A DNA stretch of 64,000 bases. Source: an uncultured delta proteobacterium. GTDB lineage: Bacteria > Myxococcota_A > Polyangia > Polyangiales > Polyangiaceae. The stretch lies in the NCBI GenBank assembly GCA_963696385.1, contig CAVOKF010000003.1, positions 288,001 through 352,000 on the forward strand. The letters are read 5' to 3'. The notes beneath the pieces are model-generated. The model did not search any database. It saw only the letters and a program-made list of their open reading frames with translations, and was not told the DNA's origin. The position numbers and the translations under genes are program-made. Each line of letters starts with the position of its first letter. Position 1 is the first letter of the stretch. Positions 37,063-48,407 of the stretch are shown piece by piece.

Positions 37063-40032
37063 ATGCGCAGCTCGCAACTTTGCGCCCTCGGCGCCATGTG
37101 CCTGGCCGCGTGCGCGGGGGCGTTCACGCGCGCCGGACGAGAGACCCCCTACCCGCCGGCGCCGGCCTCGGCAACGACTGCGGCCGTCCTTCGGGGCGCC
37201 CCGACGACGCCCGGCCCCATGGACTCCGGAGCCGACGCGGACCCCGTGCAGTTCGCCCTGGCCACCGATGGAACCATCGGAGCGTGGCTCGTCGCGGGGC
37301 CAGTCGACCCCACGCGAACCGTGGACGAGACACGGCTTTCTCCTCGTCTCGATGCACCGCTCGACGCCGATGCGGACGCGATTCACTGGCGGATCGCCTC
37401 GACTAAGGACGGATCGCTCGATCTAGCCGCCGCGATCGACCCGCATGGAAGCGGAAAGGTCGCTTATGTCGCCGGCGTGCTGCACGTCGGCCGCGGTGGT
37501 CGCTACGTGCTGCTTCTCGGTGTCAGTGACGCCGTGAGGGTACTCGTCGACGGGCGTCGCGTCTTCAGTTACGACCAGCCCCGCGAGCGTCGCAACGACG
37601 AAGACTTGGTCGCGCTGGACCTATCGCCCGGCGACCACTTACTCGCACTGTGTCTGCATCGGGCCGGTCGCCTCTGGGGGGTGCGGGCGCGCTTGCTCGA
37701 CCCCGAGCTGCAGCCGCCGTGTGCAGGCTGCTGGGTGCTTCCAGGAACGGTTGCCTCCGACGCGCGCTCCCTCGTGGCGACGCTCGGCCGACTGTCGCTC
37801 GATCGTGGGATGGAAGCTGGCCAGTATCGCCCGGTCCTGCGTGTTCGCTATCCGGACGGCCTTCCGATGGGCATTCCGATCGTCGCACACGTCCGGTTCG
37901 TCCGGTCAGGAGCCGATAGCGACGCCGAACCGCTTTTCGAAACGACCAGCAACGAACTCGCGCCGACGGCCAGCGCCAGCCTGCAGTCGCTCGTGGAACT
38001 CCCGACGCTCGCCCCGGAGACCGTCGAGGACGGCGATTGGACTGCGCAAGTCAACGTGGCCGGGAGGAAAGTGGAGTTTCCGTTCCGCCTCAGGCGGGCC
38101 GTTCGTGAGGCGGCGGCTCGCGCCGAGCAGGCGATCCAGAGCTCTCGCGGCGCACCCTGGCTCGCCGAGGGGTCGCTCGATACACTCGACTATCTTCGGG
38201 AGCGCTTGGTTCGCTTCGTGTCGAAGGGCGACACCGATGTCGACGCGCAGATCGCCGACGCGCGGGAACTCAACGAGCTCTGCGCCGCACTCGAACAGAA
38301 GCGTGACCCGTACGTCGCCGCCCGGATGACGCAAGACGACGATCCGTTCACGGATGCGCACTGGCGCACAGGGCCCATGCGGCGCGCGTACCGGTCGCCG
38401 GTCGACGGCCAGTGGTCCGAGTTCGCCGTCTATGTGCCACCGGACTTCAGTCCAAAGCGCAGGTACCCGCTCATTGTCGCGCTGCACGGCATGAACGGGC
38501 GCCCCATGGAAATGCTCATGTGGCTTTTCGGTCACGACGAGCCGGACCGCGACGGCTTCTGGGAGGATCGCCACCCGCGACGCGACCTGGAGATGCTCGA
38601 GTCGATCGTCGTTGCCCCGGACGGTCACTCGAACGCGATGTATCGCGACCTCGGAGAGGATGACGTGATGCGCGTCGTCGATTGGGCGCTTGCGACGTAT
38701 CCCATCGACCCGGCCCGGGTCACGATCACGGGGCCGTCGATGGGGGGAATCGGCAGCGCCGCTTGCGCACTCCACCACCCGGACCGCTTCGCCGCCGCCG
38801 AGCCCCTCTGCGGCTATCACAGCTACTTTGTCCGCGCCGACATCGGCGGACGGACGCTGCATCCGTGGGAGCGCTTCCTTGCCGAACAGCGATCGAACGT
38901 ATTCTGGGCGGAAAATGGCCAATATATTCCACTATACGTCGTACACGGAAAAAGGGACCTCCCCGAGGAAAATAGCGGCGTACTCATCGATCGGTACGAA
39001 GAGCTCAAGTACGATGTTGAGCACGAGCATCCTGACCTCGGCCACAACGTTTGGCAGACGACGTACGAGGACCTCAAGGGGGCGCGCTGGCTGCTGACGC
39101 ATCATCGTCCGATGCACCCGCGGTCCGTTCGGTTCAAAACCCCGAGCACACGTTGGGGCGACGATGCGTGGGTCCACGTCCGCGAGCTGACGTCCAGTGA
39201 CGCGTGGGGAGAAATCGTCGCGCACATCGACGAACACAACGTGCTTTCCGTTGCGACTCATGGCCTGAGCGCCGTGGGCTTCGACCGGGACCCCGTGCGA
39301 ATCGACGATGCAGCGCCCGTGACGTTGAACATCGATGGCGACCGGCTGACGTTCCAGGCGGGCGAGCCGCTCGAGCTGTTCCGAGAACCGGAGCGCGATG
39401 CGAGTCGTGCCGTGTGGAAGGCGGGAGTAGCCACGCACCGAGGACCCTACAAACACGGGCACGTGACCGGACCCATCCACGACGTGTTCCATGAGCCCAT
39501 CTTGTTCGTCTGGGGGGCCAGCGATCCCGAGCAGGCACGCGCAAACGAAGAGGTCGCTCGAGCTTGGGCCAAAGTGCGCTGGGGCGTGCGTGTCGATTAC
39601 CCGGTCGTCAGCGATGCCGAATTTCTTGCTGGCGGTGAATCGATCGCGAACGAGCGTGCCCTATTTCTGGTCGGCAACGCGAAGTCGAACGCGATTGTCC
39701 GCGAGATCGAGCCATCGTTGCCGATTCGAATCGAGAGCGACGAAATCGTCATCGGCTCCACTCGGGTCGCCGCGCGCGACGGAGCACCGGATCGCTCGCA
39801 ATTGGGCACCGCTTTCATTTGGCCGAATCCCCGACGAGCCGATCGCTATGTCGTCGTCGTCGAAGGGCTCGGCCCGCTCGGCACATGGCAATCGCTGTCC
39901 CTGCCGGAGATGCTTCCGGACTTCGTCGTTTACGACGGCGGCGTGACCCCCGCGCGCGGCTCAATCGTGCTGGGGACCGGGACCCTACGAGCCGGCGGCT
40001 TCTTCGGACACGACTGGTCGTCGCCACGCTGA
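37063..40032 (+). CDS. Large lipoprotein with alpha/beta-hydrolase (esterase/prolyl oligopeptidase-like) domain
   Basis: Lipobox LAAC; YPLIVALHG; nucleophile elbow GPSMGG; HGKRD; GHNVW. Confidence 0.85.
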   Translation: MRSSQLCALGAMCLAACAGAFTRAGRETPYPPAPASATTAAVLRGAPTTPGPMDSGADADPVQFALATDGTIGAWLVAGPVDPTRTVDETRLSPRLDAPLDADADAIHWRIASTKDGSLDLAAAIDPHGSGKVAYVAGVLHVGRGGRYVLLLGVSDAVRVLVDGRRVFSYDQPRERRNDEDLVALDLSPGDHLLALCLHRAGRLWGVRARLLDPELQPPCAGCWVLPGTVASDARSLVATLGRLSLDRGMEAGQYRPVLRVRYPDGLPMGIPIVAHVRFVRSGADSDAEPLFETTSNELAPTASASLQSLVELPTLAPETVEDGDWTAQVNVAGRKVEFPFRLRRAVREAAARAEQAIQSSRGAPWLAEGSLDTLDYLRERLVRFVSKGDTDVDAQIADARELNELCAALEQKRDPYVAARMTQDDDPFTDAHWRTGPMRRAYRSPVDGQWSEFAVYVPPDFSPKRRYPLIVALHGMNGRPMEMLMWLFGHDEPDRDGFWEDRHPRRDLEMLESIVVAPDGHSNAMYRDLGEDDVMRVVDWALATYPIDPARVTITGPSMGGIGSAACALHHPDRFAAAEPLCGYHSYFVRADIGGRTLHPWERFLAEQRSNVFWAENGQYIPLYVVHGKRDLPEENSGVLIDRYEELKYDVEHEHPDLGHNVWQTTYEDLKGARWLLTHHRPMHPRSVRFKTPSTRWGDDAWVHVRELTSSDAWGEIVAHIDEHNVLSVATHGLSAVGFDRDPVRIDDAAPVTLNIDGDRLTFQAGEPLELFREPERDASRAVWKAGVATHRGPYKHGHVTGPIHDVFHEPILFVWGASDPEQARANEEVARAWAKVRWGVRVDYPVVSDAEFLAGGESIANERALFLVGNAKSNAIVREIEPSLPIRIESDEIVIGSTRVAARDGAPDRSQLGTAFIWPNPRRADRYVVVVEGLGPLGTWQSLSLPEMLPDFVVYDGGVTPARGSIVLGTGTLRAGGFFGHDWSSPR

Positions 40033-40052
40033 GCGCTTGCCCAAGAAGCCTT

Positions 40053-41150
40053 TCAATGACGGCGGCGCCCCCGCAGGCGGGCATGGCGCTCCGGGGAGCC
40101 CGTGCCTGCCACCGTTCGGGACGCCCGAGCCCCCGCGCCCCGCCCAGCGACCTCGGTCCTCGGTGTGCCGCCGCCCTGATCGGGTCTCCCGCCCGGCCCA
40201 GGGCGTGCTGCGGAACCTGGGGGATGGACCCTCCGAGCCCCGCGCCGCACTCGAGTGCGGGGGTTGGGCGGCTGAGCCTCGCCGGTTCGGTCGCGGCTTT
40301 CGGCACCCGGCCGGAGGGGGGCTCGCGAGCGCCCGGCCGGATCGCGAGGGCGCCTTGAGACGTCGCGAGGAGGCTCGCGAACCTTCGTGTCCTGAGCCGC
40401 CTTCGCATTTTGCGAAATGATGCGTTTCGGAACTCCATACTGCTTCTTCAGCTCGCTCAGCTCATCGGCCGTAAGGTACCGCCACCGCCCCGGCGCCAAC
40501 CCCTCGGATTCAATCCCCGCGAACGACGTACGCGCGAGCCGCATGACCCGGAAGCCGGTCGCATCTCCCATCCGACGTATCTGCAAGTTTCGCCCTTCCG
40601 TGATGGTGAGCTCAAGCCAGGTTTTGTCCGCCTCGTGCCGCAGGAGCTTCACTTTAGCGGGCAGCGTCTTGCCATCCTCGAGCTCGACGCCTCCGCGCCA
40701 TCGATCGACGTCCTTGGGCTCCATGACTCCCTGGAGCTTGACGATGTACGTCTTCGGCGCGGCCCGACGCGGGTGCAGTAGCGTCTCGGCGAACTGCCCG
40801 TCATTGGTCGCAAGAAGAACGCCGCTCGTGTTGAAGTCGAGACGCCCAACCGGGTATAGGCGGCCCGGCAAGCCGGCGAGAAGATCCCGCACGCTCGGCC
40901 GACCTTCGGGATCGCGCATGGTCGCTACGACGCCCCGAGGTTTATGCAAAACCACGTAAACCGGCGGCTCCCTGACGATTCGCTGCCCGTCCACCTCGAC
41001 CCGGCTGTCGCGTGGGTGCACTTTCGTCCCGAGCTCGGTCACGACGCGACCGTCGACCCGCACGCGTCCGGCAGAAATGAGCTGCTCGGCGGCGCGACGG
41101 GACGCCACGCCGGCGTGAGCCAGCACCTTCTGCAACCGGACCGTGGCCAT
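40053..41150 (-). CDS. rluB: rRNA pseudouridine synthase (RsuA/RluB family) with basic low-complexity tail
   Basis: S4 domain RLQKVLAHAGVASRR, HKPRG, PVGRLDFNTSGVLL, EGRNLQIRRM. Confidence 0.88.
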   Translation of the reverse strand: MATVRLQKVLAHAGVASRRAAEQLISAGRVRVDGRVVTELGTKVHPRDSRVEVDGQRIVREPPVYVVLHKPRGVVATMRDPEGRPSVRDLLAGLPGRLYPVGRLDFNTSGVLLATNDGQFAETLLHPRRAAPKTYIVKLQGVMEPKDVDRWRGGVELEDGKTLPAKVKLLRHEADKTWLELTITEGRNLQIRRMGDATGFRVMRLARTSFAGIESEGLAPGRWRYLTADELSELKKQYGVPKRIISQNAKAAQDTKVREPPRDVSRRPRDPAGRSRAPLRPGAESRDRTGEAQPPNPRTRVRRGARRVHPPGSAARPGPGGRPDQGGGTPRTEVAGRGAGARASRTVAGTGSPERHARLRGRRRH

Positions 41151-41161
41151 ACCGCGCCCGA

Positions 41162-41168
41162 TAGCGTA
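41162..41168. promoter_or_regulatory. Putative bidirectional -10 element TAGCGTA between divergent rluB and cupin genes
   Basis: TAGCGT on the + strand (41162-41167) and TACGCT on the - strand (41168-41163), centred in a 30-bp divergent gap. Confidence 0.5.
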
Positions 41169-41180
41169 CACCGTCTCGGG

Positions 41181-41534
41181 ATGCGACGCGTGAACAAGCC
41201 CTGGGGCCACGAGATCGTTTGGGCGCAAACCGACCGGTACGTCGGAAAGATTCTTCACATTATCGCCGGCCACAAACTCTCCCGTCAATATCACCGGAAA
41301 AAGGACGAGACGTTTCTGGTCGAGTCGGGAGAGATGGATCTGGAGGTCGGCGATGGCCAGGACCGGCGCGTGATTCGAATGGGCATTCGCGACACGTTCC
41401 ACTGCCCTCCGGGAACGATCCACCGCATGGTCGCCGTGACCGACGTCGACGTTATCGAAGTCTCGACGCCGGAGCTCGACGACGTCGTTCGCCTGGAAGA
41501 CGCTTACGGCCGACAAGGCACCACCGACCCCTAG
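41181..41534 (+). CDS. Cupin-domain protein (mannose-6-phosphate isomerase type II C-terminal-like)
   Basis: VNKPWGHE, LSRQYHRKKDETF, PPGTIHRM, EVSTPELDDVVRLEDAYGR. Confidence 0.88.
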   Translation: MRRVNKPWGHEIVWAQTDRYVGKILHIIAGHKLSRQYHRKKDETFLVESGEMDLEVGDGQDRRVIRMGIRDTFHCPPGTIHRMVAVTDVDVIEVSTPELDDVVRLEDAYGRQGTTDP

Positions 41535-41545
41535 AATCGCGTGCG

Positions 41546-42337
41546 CTAGCGCGACTTTCGCCTGGTCGGCTTTGGCTCCGGCGCGCCCCCCTCGAGGAGC
41601 TCTCCGCTCGCGCCGACGGTTACCGGCGCGCTGCCGCCCCCGGCTCCCCCATCGGCCGCCGCTTGCGCCGCCCTTTCCTGGGCCGCATCCTCCGCGGCGA
41701 GCAGTTGATCGTCCCTATCCCAGCGGTCCACGTGCCCGTCGCACGTGGTATCGTTGCCTACACGCTCCAGCCTGTCATGGTAGTAGATCTCCCAGGTATC
41801 GGGCAACCCGCTCGGGCAGTGGGTATTGCGACGAATGCGCGAGAGCTGGCCGTCGACGTAAAACTTCCAGACGTTCGGACGTCCTGCGGCAAACGTCGTG
41901 TCCGTATCTTCTTCAGCGATGCGGCCGTCGGCGAAGTTCACCCACACATCGATCTTGCCGTCGTAGTTCGTGTCGGCCTCCTCGTGAAGCGGATCTCCCC
42001 TTTCGTTGAAGGTGCGCACGACGTCCTTGACTCCGTCGAGGTTCGTATCGATCTCGCGGCATAGAAGAACGCTGTGGCGGTTATCTCGGTCTCCCACGGC
42101 CTTGAAGACTCGGCGAATATTTGGCTTGATCGAGTTCGGACCGGCCGTCTCGCTCGTCTCAAACTGGGGGTTATTGCGCCAGTGAACGAAGCGCTCGCAA
42201 AGCGAACGATCGTCGGCGGCCCAATGCCCCTCGTCGGGCGATCCTGCCGGGGAGGTCGGCCCAGGATTAGCTCCGCCGCAGTTGGTGGCGAGCAGCAGCA
42301 GGAGCCCCACAGGCATCCAAGGCGCAACCCGCTTCAT
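41546..42337 (-). CDS. Lipoprotein with DxNxDGxxD (Ca-binding-like) repeats
   Basis: Signal ending LLATNC; DTNLDGVKD, DTNYDGKID, DTTCDGHVD. Confidence 0.8.
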   Translation of the reverse strand: MKRVAPWMPVGLLLLLATNCGGANPGPTSPAGSPDEGHWAADDRSLCERFVHWRNNPQFETSETAGPNSIKPNIRRVFKAVGDRDNRHSVLLCREIDTNLDGVKDVVRTFNERGDPLHEEADTNYDGKIDVWVNFADGRIAEEDTDTTFAAGRPNVWKFYVDGQLSRIRRNTHCPSGLPDTWEIYYHDRLERVGNDTTCDGHVDRWDRDDQLLAAEDAAQERAAQAAADGGAGGGSAPVTVGASGELLEGGAPEPKPTRRKSR

Positions 42338-43110
42338 CGCCCTGCTCCGAGACCGTGAGCCTGCTGCGCCCCGTTCGCGGAGGCGGCGTCCGCTCCCGCC
42401 AGCGCGGTCGAACCCGCGTTGGACAGTGTCCCCACCGTCCCGGCGTCGGTCGCGGTCCCACCGTCGTCGCCGAAGACGAGAGCGGAGTTGGGGTCGGGCT
42501 TTCCATCGCCATTCCGGTCGATCGCTATCGTCAACTGGGAGCCGTTCCACGTCCACCATTGGTCCACGCGCCCGTTGCCTTTCGTATCGCGCTCACGCCG
42601 CACGGGATGCGCCGGTCGGCCCGTCTTCGGGTCGACGGGGGCGTTCGGATCGAACCAGTCCCATGTATCGATTCGATGACCGCCACCGATGTCGTACTCA
42701 CGACGGACCAACTTGCCCGACTCGTAGTACTCGATGGCGTTCACGAGACCCGTGTCGTCGTAACAGAATTCCCGACGACGAACTGCGCCGTTCGAATCGA
42801 AGTACTCGAAAATGTCAGGCTTGCCGTCGTGGTTCAAGTCCACGACGCGGCACTTTTCGTGAGAAGCGGCGTCAAAGTAGCGGGTGATCTCCGGCTTTCG
42901 GTCGCCATTCGTGTCAAGGACGTCCGAGCGATCGCCCGAGCCACCGCATGGTTCATGCTCGAGCCCCTCCGATCGAGCCCCCTCGGCCAGCTTCGGCGCG
43001 GAGGCCGCCTCGCTGCCGCCGCAGCCGGAACCGATGCCCCCTGCTGCAAGCACCGCCGCGAGCATCGCCCCCAGCCCACCGCGAAAGAGTTCAACTCGCA
43101 CGTCGTTCAT
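42334..43110 (-). CDS. Lipoprotein with DxNxDGxxD repeats (related to the downstream gene)
   Basis: Signal ending GSGC; DTNGDRKPE, DLNHDGKPD, DTKGNGRVD, DRNGDGKPD. ATGA overlap with the next gene. Confidence 0.8.
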   Translation of the reverse strand: MNDVRVELFRGGLGAMLAAVLAAGGIGSGCGGSEAASAPKLAEGARSEGLEHEPCGGSGDRSDVLDTNGDRKPEITRYFDAASHEKCRVVDLNHDGKPDIFEYFDSNGAVRRREFCYDDTGLVNAIEYYESGKLVRREYDIGGGHRIDTWDWFDPNAPVDPKTGRPAHPVRRERDTKGNGRVDQWWTWNGSQLTIAIDRNGDGKPDPNSALVFGDDGGTATDAGTVGTLSNAGSTALAGADAASANGAQQAHGLGAGR

Positions 43111-43435
43111 CCATCCCATCCCGTTTCGGCACCCAGTCAGGGCTTCGAGGCACCCTGCCACCCGCCGACTGCGACAATAGTCGCCCCTCGATCGAAGCCT
43201 CGACAGAAATCGGCCAACCATACCGAACACAACCGGCACCGTCACGTTTCGAGGGGCACATTTGTTCACGTAGTGTATCTTGCTCCTCCCGCGTTCCGGC
43301 GGTCGTTCTCCAGTCCTCCCCTGGCCAGGTCAGGCGCAGTCGGCTACATGCGAGCCTTCCCCGAGGACGCCCGACGGGCGTGTAACTCCTCGGCATCACG
43401 CAGCTTCACCCCACGCTAACTCTCGTTCGGCGGTC

Positions 43436-43741
43436 ATGTCGCGCAAGAAGATCTCGACAACGATCTACGTGACCCCGGAGCAAAGCGAGCGCCTCCGCCT
43501 GCTTCACGAGCGCACGAAGGTCCCGGTGGCCGTTTACATCCGCGAGGGAATCGATCTCGTGCTTCGACAATACGGACACCTGCTACCGGGCCAGTTGCCG
43601 CTCGCTTCGGAACCGCCCGTGCCGCCCCACGTCACCGAGCCCAAAGCTTCGCAGCTCCGCCACGAGCGACCGGATCGGGGCGACCGCTCGGCCGAGCCCA
43701 TCGCCGAGCGGGCTGCCGGCGGCGCGGGCAGCAAGGTCTGA
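43436..43741 (+). CDS. Ribbon-helix-helix DNA-binding protein
   Basis: KKISTTIYVTPEQSERLRLLHERTKVPVAVYIREGIDLVL gives a strand-helix-helix pattern. Confidence 0.85.
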   Translation: MSRKKISTTIYVTPEQSERLRLLHERTKVPVAVYIREGIDLVLRQYGHLLPGQLPLASEPPVPPHVTEPKASQLRHERPDRGDRSAEPIAERAAGGAGSKV

Positions 43742-43759
43742 GAGGTTTGAGCGTCCCGG

Positions 43760-45595
<1,836 letters not shown>

Positions 45596-45645
45596 GGGCG
45601 TAATCTCCTTGCTGTTGGTTCGGACCCGAAATTAAGATTGGAAAC

Positions 45646-46011
45646 ATGACGATGAGGATACGGATCGTGACGATCGCGCTGCTTTCGACGCTCGCGGCGG
45701 CGTGCGGCTCGAGTTTGCCGCCACCGAACGACGAGTGGGCACAAGCCCAAGCGGACCTCGGCCGCGCAGAAGCGGGTGGTGCTCCAAGCGTCCCGGACGC
45801 AAAGCTCCACCTGCAGATTGCAGCCGAAGATCTCCAGAAATCCAAAGACTTGATGGGTCAAGACAACCGGCGCGCGGAAAGCGTGATCGCGCTTGCACGC
45901 GTCGAAGCCCAGCTCGCGCTGAGTCTGGCCAAGGCATCCCAGGCCCGTCAGGCTGCTGATTCGGCCCAGCAGGATCTGCAGAAACTCAAGGGAACGGGAG
46001 GAACGCCATGA
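45646..46011 (+). CDS. DUF4398-like lipoprotein
   Basis: Lipobox LAAAC; helical AEAGGA..AKLHLQIA pattern; coupled to the OmpA gene. Confidence 0.75.
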   Translation: MTMRIRIVTIALLSTLAAACGSSLPPPNDEWAQAQADLGRAEAGGAPSVPDAKLHLQIAAEDLQKSKDLMGQDNRRAESVIALARVEAQLALSLAKASQARQAADSAQQDLQKLKGTGGTP

Positions 46012-46904
46012 AGTCGACTCGTCTTACGGCCAACGCCGTGCCCTTGGCCGCCACTCTGATCGGCGCTCTGGTCGGCGCTTGCGCCGAACACATTCCTCCC
46101 CGAGCGCTGGTCGACGCTCGTGCAGAGTTCGCGCGGGCCAAGAGCGGGATCACGATCCAGCTCGACCCGACCGACGTGCACGAGGCCGATTTGGCCCTTC
46201 AGCGCGCTGAAAGCGCATGGAACGACTCTCCCGACGAGCCCATCACGATCGACCTCGCCATCTTGGCTCAGCGCAAGGCTCAAATCGCCGAAGCCGAGGC
46301 GGCGGCGCTCAAGGCGCAGCAGGACACAGACGAAGCGAAGCGTGCCCTGACGACGGCCATGTCGTCGCAGCTCCAGGCTGCCCGCGGCCAACTCGATCAG
46401 ACGAAGCAGGCGCTCAACAAGACGCAAGAGCAGCTCCAAGCCGAGCAGAAGGCGGCTGCGGAGCAGAGCCAGAAGCTGGCGGACCTGGAGGCGAAGCTGA
46501 AGGACGCGCGCGATACGATTGCCAAGATCGCCGCCGTCAAGGACGACGACCGCGGAATGGTGATCACGCTCCAGGGTGAGGTCCTATTTCCAACGAACAA
46601 GTGGGATCTCAAAGCGGGGGCGATGGCGAAGCTGGATCAGATCGCCGACGCTCTGCGCGGCAAGGAGCAGCCGATGATTGTCTACGGATATACGGACAAC
46701 GTCGGAACGCGCGACTACAACATGGATTTGTCTCAAAAGCGGGCGAGTTCCGTGCGCGACTATCTCGTGAGCAAAGGCATTCCCCAGGACCTGATCACGG
46801 CTCAGGGCAAAGGACCCGACAGCCCGGTATCGGACAACACGTCGCTCGAAGGGCGAGCGGCCAATCGGCGCGTGGAGATCGTGGTTCAACCCAAAAAGTC
46901 CTGA
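46008..46904 (+). CDS. OmpA-family peptidoglycan-binding lipoprotein with coiled coil
   Basis: Lipobox LVGAC; VLF, GYTDNVG, NMDLSQKRA, GRAANRRVEIV. Confidence 0.93.
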   Translation: MKSTRLTANAVPLAATLIGALVGACAEHIPPRALVDARAEFARAKSGITIQLDPTDVHEADLALQRAESAWNDSPDEPITIDLAILAQRKAQIAEAEAAALKAQQDTDEAKRALTTAMSSQLQAARGQLDQTKQALNKTQEQLQAEQKAAAEQSQKLADLEAKLKDARDTIAKIAAVKDDDRGMVITLQGEVLFPTNKWDLKAGAMAKLDQIADALRGKEQPMIVYGYTDNVGTRDYNMDLSQKRASSVRDYLVSKGIPQDLITAQGKGPDSPVSDNTSLEGRAANRRVEIVVQPKKS

Positions 46905-47015
46905 GCCGTCCGGCCAGGATGCGGCAGGAGGAGCCGCCGTCTACCGGCGGCCCTTGTGCGTTCGAAGAGTGCGGACGCGCAACCGTCCCCCAGAAGTGCT
47001 AGACGCATCGGCTCG

Positions 47016-48407
47016 ATGGAGAAGCGAGCGAGGCAACGTGATCCGGCGGCAGGACGCCGAGCGTGGGCTGCGCAAGTGAACCTTGGAACGACCGAGGGCG
47101 CTCGGCTGTCGTACGAAGGGGCTCACTCGTTCGGCGTCGAGAGGATCCACCGGTGGCGGCTCGGCAATGGCCTAACGGTCCTCGTCCTGATCGATGGAGC
47201 CGCGCCGGTGGTGGCCTATCACACCTGGTTCAACGTGGGGTCGCGTCACGAGCGGCCCGGCAAAACGGGGCTTGCCCACTTGTTCGAGCACTTGATGTTC
47301 GGTGAGACCGAAAACCTTGCGGCGGGGATATTCGATCGCAAGCTCGAGGAAAACGGGGCGGAATCCAATGCGGCAACCTGGGTCGACTGGACCTACTACC
47401 ACGAGCTCTTGCCCGCCGATCGCGTTCGGCTCGTGGTCACGCTCGAAGCCGAGCGGATGCATCGGCTCGTTTTGAGGGACGCCCAGATTGCGAGCGAAAA
47501 GGAAGTGGTCGCCAACGAGCGACGCTACCGCGTCGAGGACGACGTCGAAGGCCTCGCGAACGAACTCTTGTACAAGACGGCGTTCGAGGCGCATCCCTAT
47601 CGTTGGCCCACGATCGGATGGATGGCGGACATCGAGGGGTTTACGCCCGACGATTGCGTGAACTTCTATCGCACCTACTACGCTCCGAGCAATGCGACGG
47701 TGGTCGTCGTGGGACAAGTCCGCGAACGCAATCTGCTCCTCGCGATCCGCGATGCCTATGGGGTCATCCCGACACAGGCCGTCCCGGCCGAGGACATCCT
47801 GCCCGAGCCGCAGCAGACGGTCGAGCGGCGGCTGGAGATTCGCAAGCCGACCGCCAGCGAAAAGCTGCTCGTCGCGTTCAAGGGCCCGGCGTTCGGCGAC
47901 GTGGATCACGCGGCGATGACCATTCTGAGCGAGGTGCTCTTTGGCGGCCGCGCCTCTCGCCTCTATCGATCCCTGGTCGTCGAACGAGAACTCGCTACGG
48001 ACCTGCGCGGCTGGGTCTCCACGTTTCGAGACCCGGGGCTGTTCGAGTGCTGGGCGACGGCGCGATCCGCGCACAGCGCGCTCGAAATCTTGCCCGTCTT
48101 CGAGGAGGCCTTTGCCCGCGTCCGTACGGACGTCGTGGCCGAGGAGGAATTGGCGCGCGCGAAATCGCGGCTCGAGCTGGGATCGTTGCAGCAGCTGGAG
48201 ACGGCAAGCGGCAAGGCCGAGCAGATCGGCTTCTTCGAGATAGTCCTCGGAGACCCGGCGCACGCATTCCGTCGGGTCGAGTCCTATCGGCGTACAACCG
48301 CGAGCGACTTGCGCAGGGTCGCACGACGCTACTTGGTCGATACCGCCCGCACCGTACTGCGGGTCGTTCCCGACGCCAGTGCAGCGCCCGCGCAGGCAGC
48401 CCAGTGA
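47016..48407 (+). CDS. M16 family zinc peptidase, catalytic subunit
   Basis: Inverted zincin GLAHLFEHLMF, NAAT, EKEVVANERR, HPYRWPTIG, YYAPSNA. Start uncertain. Confidence 0.92.
   Translation: MEKRARQRDPAAGRRAWAAQVNLGTTEGARLSYEGAHSFGVERIHRWRLGNGLTVLVLIDGAAPVVAYHTWFNVGSRHERPGKTGLAHLFEHLMFGETENLAAGIFDRKLEENGAESNAATWVDWTYYHELLPADRVRLVVTLEAERMHRLVLRDAQIASEKEVVANERRYRVEDDVEGLANELLYKTAFEAHPYRWPTIGWMADIEGFTPDDCVNFYRTYYAPSNATVVVVGQVRERNLLLAIRDAYGVIPTQAVPAEDILPEPQQTVERRLEIRKPTASEKLLVAFKGPAFGDVDHAAMTILSEVLFGGRASRLYRSLVVERELATDLRGWVSTFRDPGLFECWATARSAHSALEILPVFEEAFARVRTDVVAEEELARAKSRLELGSLQQLETASGKAEQIGFFEIVLGDPAHAFRRVESYRRTTASDLRRVARRYLVDTARTVLRVVPDASAAPAQAAQ

Noticed and set aside
41546..43110. Assigning the Asp-repeat lipoproteins to named gliding-motility (Cgl/Glt) genes
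   Set aside because: I could not recognise diagnostic domains, so they are left as descriptive calls.
47603..48403. Apparent 267-aa N-terminal extension of the second M16 subunit
   Set aside because: Out-of-frame overlap with the first M16 gene. The real start is the GTG at 48404, overlapping the upstream stop.
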